This document shows positions 1-17,600 of a DNA stretch of 64,000 bases, one piece after another. The notes beneath the pieces were generated by a model that saw only the letters and a list, made by a program, of their open reading frames with translations, did no database searches and was not told the DNA's origin. Each line of letters begins with the position of its first letter. Within the stretch, counting starts at the first letter, position 1. Origin of the DNA: Chrysomallon squamiferum (lineage: Eukaryota; Animalia; Mollusca); contig CM022672.1 of the NCBI GenBank assembly GCA_012295275.1, forward strand, positions 29,884,001 to 29,948,000, in the 5' to 3' direction. The translations under genes and the position numbers were made by a program.

Positions 1-582
1 ACAATGCAATAAACATTTCAGTATAAATCTTGAGTTGTGAACAATTAAACTATTTCGATTTTTGAATACTTATAAATAATTTCATTTTTATCCTTAATTT
101 ATTTATTTTTTATTTTGTATTTACCTGTTGTTTATTTATTTGTTATATTTACTAATTGTTTTTCTATTTATTAATTTATTTATTTATTTACTTACTGATT
201 TATTTTATTTCATTTTATTTTTTTTATTTTTATTTAAATGTTTATCTATTATTTATTTACTTAGTTTTATTTTTTTATATTAATTAATTACTTTATTTAT
301 TTTCTGTTTCTTCTTTTCTTCAAATTTCTCTCTTTTTAAGTGTATATTAAAAGGTGTGTAAATATAATATGATATTTCCGATTCACATTTCTGTTACTTT
401 CATGTTAACGTTACATGTAGTTCGGTTAATAATATCACAGCGATTTAACACATTTTCTACAGTTAATCTGTTTCTACGGCTGTAAGTCTGTGCGCGAATT
501 TGTATGTGTATCTGTGTGTGTATGTGTGTGTGTGTGCGTCTGTGTGTTTGTACGTATATATGTGTGTTTGTACGTATATGTG

Positions 583-617
<35 letters not shown>

Positions 618-880
618 CAAATTTATTTTACATAATTATATACAAAGTTCTTGTATATGGTTTATCTTTGTTAATAATAAAGTATAGTAAAGTTATATAA
701 ATTAATTTTCCTTTCTTAATACACTCATGACATCAAGTCTTACGTAATAATAACGATACCTTAAAATGTTAAATATTAGCAATAACTATTGATGAAATTA
801 GTAATATATCCCACACCCAGTGATTCAATTCAGTTTTCCTGTATTTGTTTTTAACGTGTGTGTTTGTTTGTTTTTCTCAG

Positions 881-5497
<4,617 letters not shown>

Positions 5498-7370
5498 ACT
5501 TGTCGTTCAAATTGAATAAGAAATCAGAACTTTTCACACGATGTTTTTGGTAATCTTTTCAGTCTTGGATAGAAGTTTTCTGTAGAATTGTGCGAAATTT
5601 TGTTTCACTGCTTTTCAAGTTTCAATTTTTATTGTCAGCAAATACTTTTGTTTATTTATTTATTTATGTTTAACTCTTTCTTAAAATAACTTTGCGAGTC
5701 TAACCAACTCTTAAGAATAATGCTGAATGTTCGTTGTCTTCATAAAACTTTCTAAGGTTGTAAAAATAAATTACTTAATTAAAAAATAAATATTAAATAA
5801 CTAAAAATTAAATGTTATATATTCTACCACAACACAGATTGTGTATAGTATCAGTAGATATGCTGTAATAACTCGTTTATTTCACAAAATTCACTGTAAT
5901 TCATTAGTGTTGAAGACATTACGAACTTTTCAAAACGTGCATGTCATACTAAATTATTCATACACTTTATACATTTACTATATTTCACTTATAACTAACA
6001 TATCGATCCGTAGTCATTTATATTCGCATCATTTGCTAGCCCCAGTATCCTCTGGCGGAGAGCAGCTCAGACGGACATTTTTCTGGAATTCGCTGGTTCT
6101 CCGCCAGAGATAAATCTTTATCGTTTTTGTCAGATCTTTGTTAACAATATGGTTAACACCGATTCGACCACTATGTTTTCGTTTTACATTCCTCTAGATT
6201 AGTCATTTTCGAGTTCCCTGCTACCATAAAAAGTAACATGCAGTCGATTCAAACATGTTCGAATATTTTCCAATCGGTGATTTATGATAGGTTTCTATTT
6301 GGCAAAACCGGATTTATGCACGATTTACTTCGGTTTTCCTGTCGGTTTTCACGACAGAAAACTATTCTTTATAATATCCTTACAAACTCATCAAACCACG
6401 TTCAGTATAATCGTTAACATACAATTAATAATATCTTGTGCTTCAATTAATTCATTTTATAATGCCTATGGAGGAATGTGATGCATTACTAAATAGGACA
6501 AATAAGATCACGTGAACTATTTTCGGAAATTCCCTTTCGAAACTGTTTTTTTTTTTTACAAAACAAACCTTTGCTAATAATTTTACTGGCCTATTCACAG
6601 TGTTTGATAGGACAGATGTTTTTGTTTGGTGTGGGTTTATTTTTTATTCTATTTTTATTATTATTTTTTTTTATTATTATTATTTTATTATTATTATTTT
6701 TTAGTTATTTTTATTTATTTTTTTATATTTATTTTTGTTGTTGTTGTTTTTTAGTGTATGTGGTTTTTGTTTTGGGTTGTATTATATAATTTAAAGTTTA
6801 TATGAAGAAAATTCACAGTTTAAATTACTTTATATATTTAAACTGTTAATTGTCTTTGTATAAACTTTCTGGTTTATATATTCAAGTGAAACGTGGAAGA
6901 CTATCAGAAGTTCAAGTCTTTTCTCAGAAATGTAACAACTTTTAAGCGTCATTGTATTTTGTGGTCTACTGTGTAACTAGTAAAATGTAACTAATGAAAA
7001 TAAAGCACATGTTTCGAAAAAACATCTGAACACAATATTTTTGCGTAATTGAAATCAGAAAGTGTATCATATAAGTAAGTCGTTTTTAAAATATATATCT
7101 AAACATCAATTTGTTTTGTGTCACAAATGTCCACTTGTGATGGTGTCCACGAAACAAAAACGCGATGAATATTCCTTAGAGCGAGACATGTTCTGTGAAC
7201 AATCAATGGTCACAAACGTTTTTTCAGTTTTTCGTTTATGTCATTTCATGACGTAATAAAAAAGCCTAAGTATTTCGAACCTAAAAGTTGTTTCTTAGGG
7301 GTTGGAAATAATATAAAATTAATGGTAATATGACAATAACAACAGCAGCAGCAATAGTAATAATAACAAC

Positions 7371-7419
<49 letters not shown>

Positions 7420-7524
7420 GATCATTTTCATAAAAGCAAGAGCAGATGGAGAATTTAAAAACCAGGATTGATGAGATTGGCACAAAATAAGAGAGGAGAT
7501 TCCTTTGTTCTCTTCACCATTGAA

Positions 7525-8025
7525 AGTAGCGTCAGGTAAGAATTAATGTTGGGGACTTGCATAGGATTAGGTTCAGAAGTTGAGCTAGTGTTAGGGTTAA
7601 GGTTAGATTTTCGGTTAACCTTAGAGCGAGAGTTATCTAAATTTTAATACGAGTTTTATGATAAAGTCGAAAATAATTTGAGGGTCTCGATTGGAAGTAC
7701 CGTGAGGGTAAGAATTAATGTCTGGGACTTGCGTTGAATTAGGTTTAGAATTTGAGATTGGGATAGGATTAGGGTTAGGGTTAGGGTTAGGGTTAGGGTT
7801 AGGGTTAAGACTAGAGTCAGGGTTATTTAAATTTTATTACGAGAGTTATGATAATGATCAAAATAATTTTAAGGTCACAATTGGATGTGGCATTCGGGTA
7901 CCATCGAATTATTTTGGATAGTATTATAACACTCGTAATACAATTTAGATAACCATATCTCTAAGACTAACCCAAACCCTAACCCTAACCCTAACCCTAG
8001 CTCTAACACAACTTCTAACCCAAGT
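7525..8025. repeat. Inverted telomere-like satellite (TTAGGG-strand units, then CCCTAA-strand unit), spacer 1
   Basis: About 180-bp units containing (TTAGGG)n at about 7770-7806. Strand flips near 7900, then (CCCTAA)n at about 7965-8000. Confidence 0.8.
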
Positions 8026-9089
8026 ATTATGCAATAAAACATTGTAGCAAGCGAAAACTCTGAAAATTAAAAGCCATTAAATGGTGACATCGTCTAGAAA
8101 AGTAAAATAATAACAAAACATAAAATAAAATAAAATAAAATAAAACAAAATTTAAAAATTAAATAAAAAATAAAATAAAATTTTGATAACAGATTAGAAA
8201 CGATTACCTGTAATAACAGAATCCAAGCCTAAGTAAAGGGTATCAGAATAGATTTCATCTATTCCGGTATATTGCAGTATGCAGCACACTACTATCATGA
8301 ACATTTTATAATCCACTGAAAAGGTTATTGCTGGTGCAGAGGAGATATTGAAACGATATCTAAAAATGGTTTCCACAAACTCACTCCAGTACAGCATGCT
8401 TGAAATATCGCTAAACGATTCAGTCGTAGGGCCGGTACTCGGTCGTCAAGTGTGAAGTGTCTCCAAAGTAGAAATAAACGAATGAAATAAAGCGGAAGCT
8501 AACTCCGTAATGTGTACGAGACGCACAGAAGATCATATCCGATAAAGCAACAATTTATTCAGTTTGATTTCGTTTTCAGGTTTTATGGTTGACAGTGTTT
8601 TCTCTGAGGCCCGTGATACACGTGTATTGTCGGTCGTTCCAGAAACGTTTGCTATCTAATTACGGAAAGTCGACAAAAATTAAACTGTTGACTTGAGATT
8701 TGACGTCACAGTTAAAGCTATCAATCTGGAAGTTGGGTGAATTTACACGAACAATACAAGGTAATCTACAGAGTTGATGGTAAAGGCAAAACGTAGGCTT
8801 TCTTTTCCATTTATCGTTGACGAAGTTATTTAGAGCAATTCTCTAAACTGAAGGCAGGTAAAATTTCATGTTACAGCAGTTTTGCATTGTTAATATCTAA
8901 GTGAATAAGAGAAAGACGTTTTGCAATACGAGCATTTTGAGAAATTTTCACAAACTGTTTTTTGTTTTGAATTTTCAGGGGTTAGCGCGAACGCAAACCC
9001 CCCACACTAAAAAATTACATACTCGAGTTAAAAAAAGAAAGAAATAATGTGATCTGCGGGTCTGGCCTCCAAAGCTGCAGACTGATTAA

Positions 9090-9960
9090 TACCTAATGTC
9101 GAAAGAGTCTTTAATCGAGGCAACGACCCCATCTAGACACCAGTGTTTTAAGAATTTTTCTCTTCTGTTGGGCCGTTCTAATGCGGCAAAGTATTCAATT
9201 TCAACCGTTGAATATACTAAGTGTTTAAAAAGTGTCATTTCTTTTCATGGCTTATCTCCCTTTAATAATTTTCATATAGTCCAAATTATCCTCATAGCTT
9301 TACTCCAGAGAAAAATTGCATAGTTGCCAGGTTTGTGTTTAAATCCAAAAATCATTCTATATGGATTTAGTTTGAACTAGGTGCCAAAAAGTTGTTTACA
9401 AATGGGTTCAATACATTTAATAAATGATTTAGTTTTGCTGCAGTAAAAAAAAGGCATGCAAGACCGAGTCCACCCCGTAGCACACTAGGCACTGTGGAAT
9501 GGCCTGAATCTTCCAGTCATAAAGATGTTTTCTAACTGCAACACCATGTCTAATAATTTGATCAATTAAACCATAGTCATTATTTTCAATTAAACCAGAG
9601 TTTAATGTCTGCCAATAAATCCGCCATTTTACCAGTTTACAAGTGACGTCATGATTTTACTTTCATGTTACAGTTTAAATGCGGTCATGACATTTACGTA
9701 AGTCAAAGCATCACGAACTCCGGAAATATATCGATCTCTTCTTGTTCGAACATCGTGTGAAATTGAATCACAATGTTTTTCCACTCGATAATCTGTGTAC
9801 AAACCCGTACATTCCATGACGTCAGTATTTTCAAAAGACAGGAACCGTAATTCATCATGAAACCTGTCGGTAATGACCCCTCTGTAAACGTGACTTCCAA
9901 GTCAAGGCAGATAAAACGGGGTAAATGGCGAGATTTTTGCAATAATTGTTCTGGAATTTG
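9090..9960 (-). mobile_element. Degenerate L1/Tx1-like non-LTR retrotransposon, ORF2 C-terminal fragment
   Basis: Minus strand reads IIRHGVAVRKHLYDWKIQAIPQCLVCYGVDSVLHAFF, resembling the C-x2-C..H..C zinc-binding region downstream of RT. Stops and frameshifts are present. Boundaries approximate. Confidence 0.6.
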
Positions 9961-10001
9961 ATTGCATTTATTATTATTATTAAATACTAGTTCTACTACT
10001 A

Positions 10002-10073
<72 letters not shown>

Positions 10074-10299
10074 TTATATGATGATTATTATTACTAATAT
10101 TATTATTATTCCCATTACAACTATTATTACTAGTATCACTGTTATTATTACTAATACTATTTTTATTATTACTATTGCTATAACAGCTATTAGTGGTGTT
10201 GGTGTTGTTACAGATTCTTACTGGTATGACCTGTACCCAGGTCAATCTGAACGAGAAATTTGACTAGACGGGTCACAGCGATCTTACCTGATGCCAAAC

Positions 10300-11000
10300 G
10301 CCTCGTCTGATGGATAATCTTACAGAAAATAATGCGTGGTCTTAACGGAAAATTTGGTAATTTCGGAAAATGTGAATGTTGTCCCACAGTTCTTCTGCTT
10401 AGACATGACTCGCGAGTATTCAGACCACAGCAACACGTTGCCGTTGCTGAGTCCAAGGACGTTTTGAAGGATTCTGGCTGCAAAGGGGTCTGTTAGTTTT
10501 ATGCTAATGAATGACCTGCTGCTGGAATAATGGAAGGACGGTCGTGCTGATTCTGCTAAAAGTGACCATTGATGATGTCACCTTTCCATACATTCCTTCC
10601 CACACCTTGACACACCCTCCACCACAAGGCACGATCTCCTGAACCGAACCAGTCGTCCCATTCGTTCTCTTCTTCTAACACGCCATCTTACATCAATTCT
10701 AAATAAACACAACCGGCTTTTATCAGTGAACAAATACCATCTGCAAGATGTTACGTCTGCAAGCACCGGTCCTCAAGTTGCAGTGTCACTCTTGGTCTCC
10801 CTGTCCTTGTCTGTCTGATACAGCTTTTCTCTTTAAGCTTACAGCACAGTACGGGAACAAACAAAGATTCTTGTGACAAAGGCACAGACAGCCTTGTCCT
10901 GTGCCAGACCCACGGCTTGTTTGACGTTGTTACAGTTGTCATTCGTGGCAGACTTCTGGTGATTTTGTGGCCACTGAAGATATGTGATAGCGTGATATAC
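10300..11000 (-). mobile_element. Decayed Tc1-family transposase
   Basis: RTGRPRVTLQLEDR and LFTDKSRLCLFRIDVRWRVRRRER match the Tc1 motifs RSGRPRVT and VLFTDESRF...DGR.RVWRR.GER. Frameshifted. Boundaries approximate. Confidence 0.75.
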
Positions 11001-11235
11001 CGTCTACGTCGACTTTGTACATGAGTTGCATGTGTCATTACTGATCTTCATAAGGCACGTGCGTGCTTTTCATTTTTTCGCCCATTCTCATCATAAACGG
11101 CGTGACGTAGATCATTATTCTTCAAAGACTGCTGTTACGTTTCGGCTTTGTGTTTTGGACTGATTAAATTTCATCTTGTTTTCTTTTTTTCTAAAATTTC
11201 ATTTATGCAGTGGTAAACGTTCTTCCGACCATCTT

Positions 11236-11282
<47 letters not shown>

Positions 11283-11761
11283 ATGTGTGCATGTGTATAT
11301 ACACGCACACAAACACATAGACACACAGAACTGTTGTCATAGCTAAAAGAAAACGATTAACACTATTATGGTTTTTGTTCTCACGTCGACAGTATCTATT
11401 TATTACAATATTTTATAAACATCATTGAATTTCCATAAATCTTTATTATCATGTTTACTCGAACTGCAAATTTCTGTAGCATAGCATTATTGAACTATCT
11501 GAATGTACATGTAAGTTGTGAATGGGTGAACAAATACAAAGCAGAAACTGGCAGAAACTGGCTGACACTGCTGTCTGACAGAGATCAACCCAGAACAACT
11601 TATACAAGCCGAGAGTAGGTAAAACATCGATGTAACGTATCACATAATTTGCATATTAAATATTTATCGCTGCTAATCAATAAGGAAGAACTGTTCTCTG
11701 ATTTTGTAACAAGTAATTACAAGACCATATATATTCATCAAAATTTATGAAACAGACTATT

Positions 11762-11886
<125 letters not shown>

Positions 11887-12031
11887 TTGGAGGTTCAAAA
11901 TGGCAGTCATTTTTTATTAGCGATGACAGATCGGTCAAAATAAATAAATAACAAGTCGTTACAGTATAAAGAAACCTTAAAACTGTATGCGCACACCTTC
12001 TCTGTTTGACTATTATTATTATTATTATTAA

Positions 12032-12065
<34 letters not shown>

Positions 12066-12124
12066 TATTTATATTTATTTATTTATTTATTTATTTATTT
12101 ATTAGTAGTAGTAGTAGTAGTAGC

Positions 12125-12155
<31 letters not shown>

Positions 12156-12422
12156 CTGATAGCTTATAACGTAAGTTGTAATAGTACTGGCTTTTATAGT
12201 TATTTAACGCTAATTTACTCTTACCAGAAAAGAGAAATTAAAATATTTATGTGGTCATTATTTTGAAGAAAATGTTATCGTCAAAATAATAATGTTAAAA
12301 AAAAAAAAAAAAGAAAGAAAGAATAAAAATTATCTTCATTTTAAACGTTGTGGCTTTTAACCATTCACGCCTAGTCCGCATGTGCTCAGCAATTACATAA
12401 TTGCTATTCTACATCATCAGTA

Positions 12423-12484
<62 letters not shown>

Positions 12485-13060
12485 TTTTTTTATTTTTATT
12501 TTTAATTTATTTTATTTTTGACGTCAAATACTAATGCTAATTTATGAATCAATTATTAGCTCAAACTCAGGTCTGCATAGAATATTTATACCAACAATAA
12601 TATTACTGGTAAACAGGATTACAAAAATACATTACATCATATTAAAATTTACATATTAACTTCCGTGTTCAACTCCCGAGACTAACTCATAATTATGTAA
12701 GCAGGAAAATAACTGATGCTTCACAAATGAGGAGAAAATTAAAGATTTTTTTTATTATTGCTATTACTTCTTTCAATAACACCGTAACAATATCGAATAC
12801 CGAATTAAGCTTTTTCATTGCTGTTGAGAATCATTAATTTTGTATTTTTCGTCACATTAATATTTTGTGTCACTGCATAAATACTAAAAGTGAAAGAGCA
12901 TGTTCTATTTATTGTGAAATACTTTTGCCCAGAAGACTTATCAGGCTGTTTGTCATAATCTCTCTAACCATCTACTGGACTCAGGAGAACGCAAAAGCTT
13001 ATACGTGCTTCTAAGCGTGTACTGGATATGTGCTATTACCTACGTATTATACGGTACGTT

Positions 13061-13140
<80 letters not shown>

Positions 13141-13573
13141 ATATATATATATAGATATATATATCGATCGATAGATAGATAGATATATTTGTTTATTAAT
13201 TTATTTATTCATTTCCATGTTATTAATTATTCAAGGAGATGTGTATTATTATTGTTGCTGGGTTTTTTTTTTTTTTTTTTTATTTATCTCTAGTTTCTTT
13301 TTCGCTCATTCTCTTTCTTTTTGTTTGGTTGTTTCTGAGTGTTATTATTTTTTTTAAATATATATATATAACTTTACTTCTGGATTTATATATCTTATCT
13401 TTCTATCTATGTACCTATCTATCTATCTGTCTATGTATCTGCCTATCTGTCTGCCTGTCTATTTATTTACTTATCTATCTGCCTTTTCTGTTTTTATCGT
13501 TCATTTTTATTTGTTTCTGCACTAATTTAGCATATTTTTATTACAAAATTTCTTAGAATTTTTTAAAAGTCAG

Positions 13574-13842
13574 AATGTCTGTGCAACAGTTCTACACCCG
13601 TGTTTCACGGAGAGAACGATACATCGATGTACACCAGTAAACTTGTCTTGAACAAAACCTCGCTTTCGTCCCATCGCCGGAAGCTGACGTCAGCAGATGA
13701 CCGAAGACTAAGTTCAGTTATGATTGGCTCAGTCGGATGTGCTTTTATTGCTGCAGTTTTCTCCTTACTTGTTCTGTTAGACTGCAACAACCTGATACGA
13801 ATTATTTACAACGTGTTTCCTAAAAACGATCCTCAGCCATAA
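13574..13842 (+). pseudogene. Copy 2: isolated terminal (juxtamembrane + TM) exon after deletion of the five upstream coding exons
   Basis: Near-identical to 5229-5497. Upstream sequence (about 12700-13568) matches the 5' flank and first-intron start of copies 3 and 5, then jumps directly to the CAG acceptor at 13571-13573. Confidence 0.75.
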
Positions 13843-13993
13843 ACTTGTCAGTTAAACTGTATAAGAAATCAGAACTTTTCATTCGATGTTTTTGGTAATC
13901 TTTCCAGTCTTGGATCGAAGCTTTTTGTGGAATTGTGCGACATTTTGTTTTGACTGCTTTTCAAATTTCAACTTTTATTGTCAGCAAATACTT

Positions 13994-14032
<39 letters not shown>

Positions 14033-14487
14033 TGTTTAACTCTATCTTAAAATAACGCTGCTAGTCTAACCGTCATTTTAGAATAATGCTGAATGTTCAC
14101 TCTCTTCGTAAATCTTTATAAGGTTACAAAGTTAAAAAAATAAATTACTTAATTAAAATATAAATAACAAAAAACTAAAAATAAAATGTTGTATATTCTA
14201 CCAACACAGATCTTGTACAGTGTCAGTAGATATGCTCTAAGAACTCGTTTAGTTCACGAAATGAGAGAATTTCTGTCATTCACTAGTGTTGAGAAGATTA
14301 CGACCTATAACCACGATAAAATCTCGACAAACATTTCAAAACGTAACGAAAATGCCTAAATCGAGCGAACATAAAAATTGTTTGTTAGGGGTTGGAAATA
14401 ATATAAAATTAACGGTAATATGACAACAACAACAGCAGCAGCAATAGTAATAACAACAACGTATTATTATTATTATTATTATTATTA

Positions 14488-14566
<79 letters not shown>

Positions 14567-14664
14567 AAAGCAAGGGCAGATCGAGAATTTAAAAAGGAGG
14601 AGTTATATGATTGATGAGATTGCTACAAAATAAGAGAGGAGATTCCTTTGTTCTCTTCACGATT

Positions 14665-17600
14665 GAATGTAGCGCCAAGTTAAGAATAAATGTTTGGAAC
14701 TTGCATATGATTAGGACTAGCATTTGATACTGGGTTAGCGTTAGGGTTACAGTTAGTGTTAGGGTTAGGCTTGGAGTTAGGTTTATTTAAATTTTATTAC
14801 GACTGTTATGATAATGTCCAAAATAATTCGAGGGTCATGATTAGATGTACTGTTAGCGTAATAACTAATTTTGGGTACGTACGTAGCGTTAGGGTAAGGC
14901 TAGGGTAAGACTTAGGGCCAGGATTGCGCTTAGAGTTAGGGTTATTTAAATTTTATTACCTATGTCTTCATAATGTCCAAAATAATATGAGGATTAGGAT
15001 TCGAAGAAGCGTTAGGGTAAGAATTAATGTTTGGGACCCTAATCCTAATCCTATCCCTAACCCAATCTCAAATTCTAAACATTATCTTACGCAAAAATTA
15101 ATTCTGATATTAGCGGTGCTTCCAATCGTGACCTACAGATTATTTTGGACATTATCATAACGCTCAGAAAACAGTTTAAATAATCCTAGCTCTAAGACTA
15201 ACCCTAACCCTAATCCTGACCCTAACACTAACCCTAACACTAACCCTAACACTAACACAATCTCAACTTCTGATCCTAATCCTACGCAAGAACCAAACAT
15301 TATCATTTACCGCAACGCTACTTCCAATTATTTTAGACATTATGATAATACGTGTAATAAAATTTAGAAAAATCCTACCCATAAGGCTATCCTTAACCCT
15401 AACCCTGACCCTAACTCTAACCCTAACACTAACAGTAACACTAGCTCAACTTCTAAATCTAATCGTATGCAGGACCCCGAAATTAATTCTTACCTCAACG
15501 CCACTTCCAGTCGTGACCCTCAAATGTTTTGGACATTATCTTAAAACTCGTAATCAAATTTAAATAACCCTAATTCTAAGACTAAACCAAACACTAACCC
15601 TAACCCTAACCCTACCCATAACCCAATTTCAATTTCTAAACTTAATACTATTCAGGTCCCAAATATTAATTCCAGTGCTAATGCCACTTCCGGTAGTGAC
15701 CCTCAAATTATTCTGGAGATTTTCGTAACACTCTTAATAAACTTTAAATATCCCTAACTCAAAGGCTAACCTTAACCATAACGCAGTCTCAGTTTCTAAA
15801 TTTAATCGTACGCAAGTCCCAAACATTAATTCTGATGCTAACGATAATTCTGGTCGCGACCCTGAAATTATTTTCGAAATTAACATAAAACTTGTGATAA
15901 AATTTAAATAAACCTAGCTCTAAGGCTAGCCCTAACCCTAACCCTAAGGGTAACCCTAACCATAACTCTACCTCAAGTTTCAAACCAAATCCTAGGCAAG
16001 TCCCAAACATTAATCCTTACCCTAACGCTACTTCCAATAGTCACCCACAAATTATTTTTAGATTATCATCACATTCGTAATAAAATTTAAATTAGCCTAA
16101 CTCTAACGCTAACCCCAACCCTAACTCTAACAGTAACATATCCCTAATCCAATCTCAACTTCTGAACCTAATACGGCATCACACCCAAACATTAATTCCA
16201 ATCGTGAATATCAAATTATATGGGCATTATTGTAACACTCGTAATGAAATTTAAATAACCATAGCTCTAAGTTTAACTATAAACCTAACCCTAAACTATC
16301 CTTAACCAAATCTCAAATTCTAAACTTCATCCAGGGCAAGTCCTAAAATTTAAATAATCCTAAGTCTAAGGTTAACCCTAACACTAATCCTAACTCTAAG
16401 GCTAACCCTAACCCTAAACCTAACTCTAACCCTATGTCTAACCCAATCTCAAATTCGAAACTTAATCGTACACAAGTCCCAAACACCAATTTTTACCCTA
16501 AAGCCACAGCCAACCGTGACCCTCAAATTCTCTTGAACATTATCATAACACGCGAAATAGAATTTAGATTAACCAAGATCTAACGCTAACTCTAACCCTA
16601 ACCCTAACACTAACCCTAACCCTAACCCTAACCCTAACCCTAACCTTAATAATAACTCTAAGGCTAACCCTAACCCTAACCATAACCATAACCATAACCC
16701 TAACCCTAACCCTGACCCTAATCCTAACTCTAAGGCTAACCCTAACCCTAACCCTAACCCTAATCCTAACTCTAACCCTAACCCTAATCCTAATCCTAAC
16801 TCTAAGGCTAACCCTAACCCTAACCCTACCTCTAAGGCTAACCCTAACCCTAATTCTAAGGCTAACCCTAACCCTAACCCTAACGCTAATCCTAACTCTA
16901 AGGCTAACCCTAACCCTAACCCTAACCCTAACCCTAACCCTAACCCTAACCCTAACCCTAACCCTAACCCTAACCCAAACCCTAATCCTAACTCTAAGGC
17001 TAACCCTAACCCTAACCCTAACCCTAACTAAGGCTAACCCTAACCCTAACCCTAGTCCTAACTCTAAGGCTAACCCTAACCTGAACCCTAACCCTAACCC
17101 TAACCCTAACTCTAAGGCTAACCCTAACCCTAACCCTAATCCTAACTCTAACGCTAACCCTAACCCTAACTCTAAGCCTAACCCTAACCCTAACCCTAAC
17201 ACTAACACTAAGGCTAATCCTAACCCTAACTCTAATCCTAACCCTAATCCTAATTCTAAGGCTAACCCTAACCCTAAACCTCACACTAACCCTATGTCTA
17301 ACCCAATCTCAAATTCGAAACTTAATCGTACACAAGTCCCAAACACCAATTTTTACCCTAAAGTCACAGCCTACCGTGACCCTCAAATTCTCTTGGACAT
17401 TATCATAACACGCGTAATAGAATTTAGATTAACCAAGATCTAACGCTAACCTAAGCCTAATCATAACACTAAGGATAACACTAACCCTAACCCTAATACT
17501 AACACTAACACTAACCCTAACCCTAACCCTAATCCTAACTCTAAGGCTAACCCTAACTCTAACCCTAACCCTAACCGTAACCCTCATCCTAAATCTAAGG

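Noticed and set aside
5841-6481. ORFs repeated downstream of each copy (MYSISRY..., MIGFYLAK...)
   Set aside because: Recurrence is explained by the duplication. Lengths and ends vary for the first ORF, and there are no recognisable domains or splice support.
15035-16560. CRISPR-like repeat-spacer array
   Set aside because: The context is eukaryotic, the intervening segments are homologous to each other rather than unique, and there are no cas genes.
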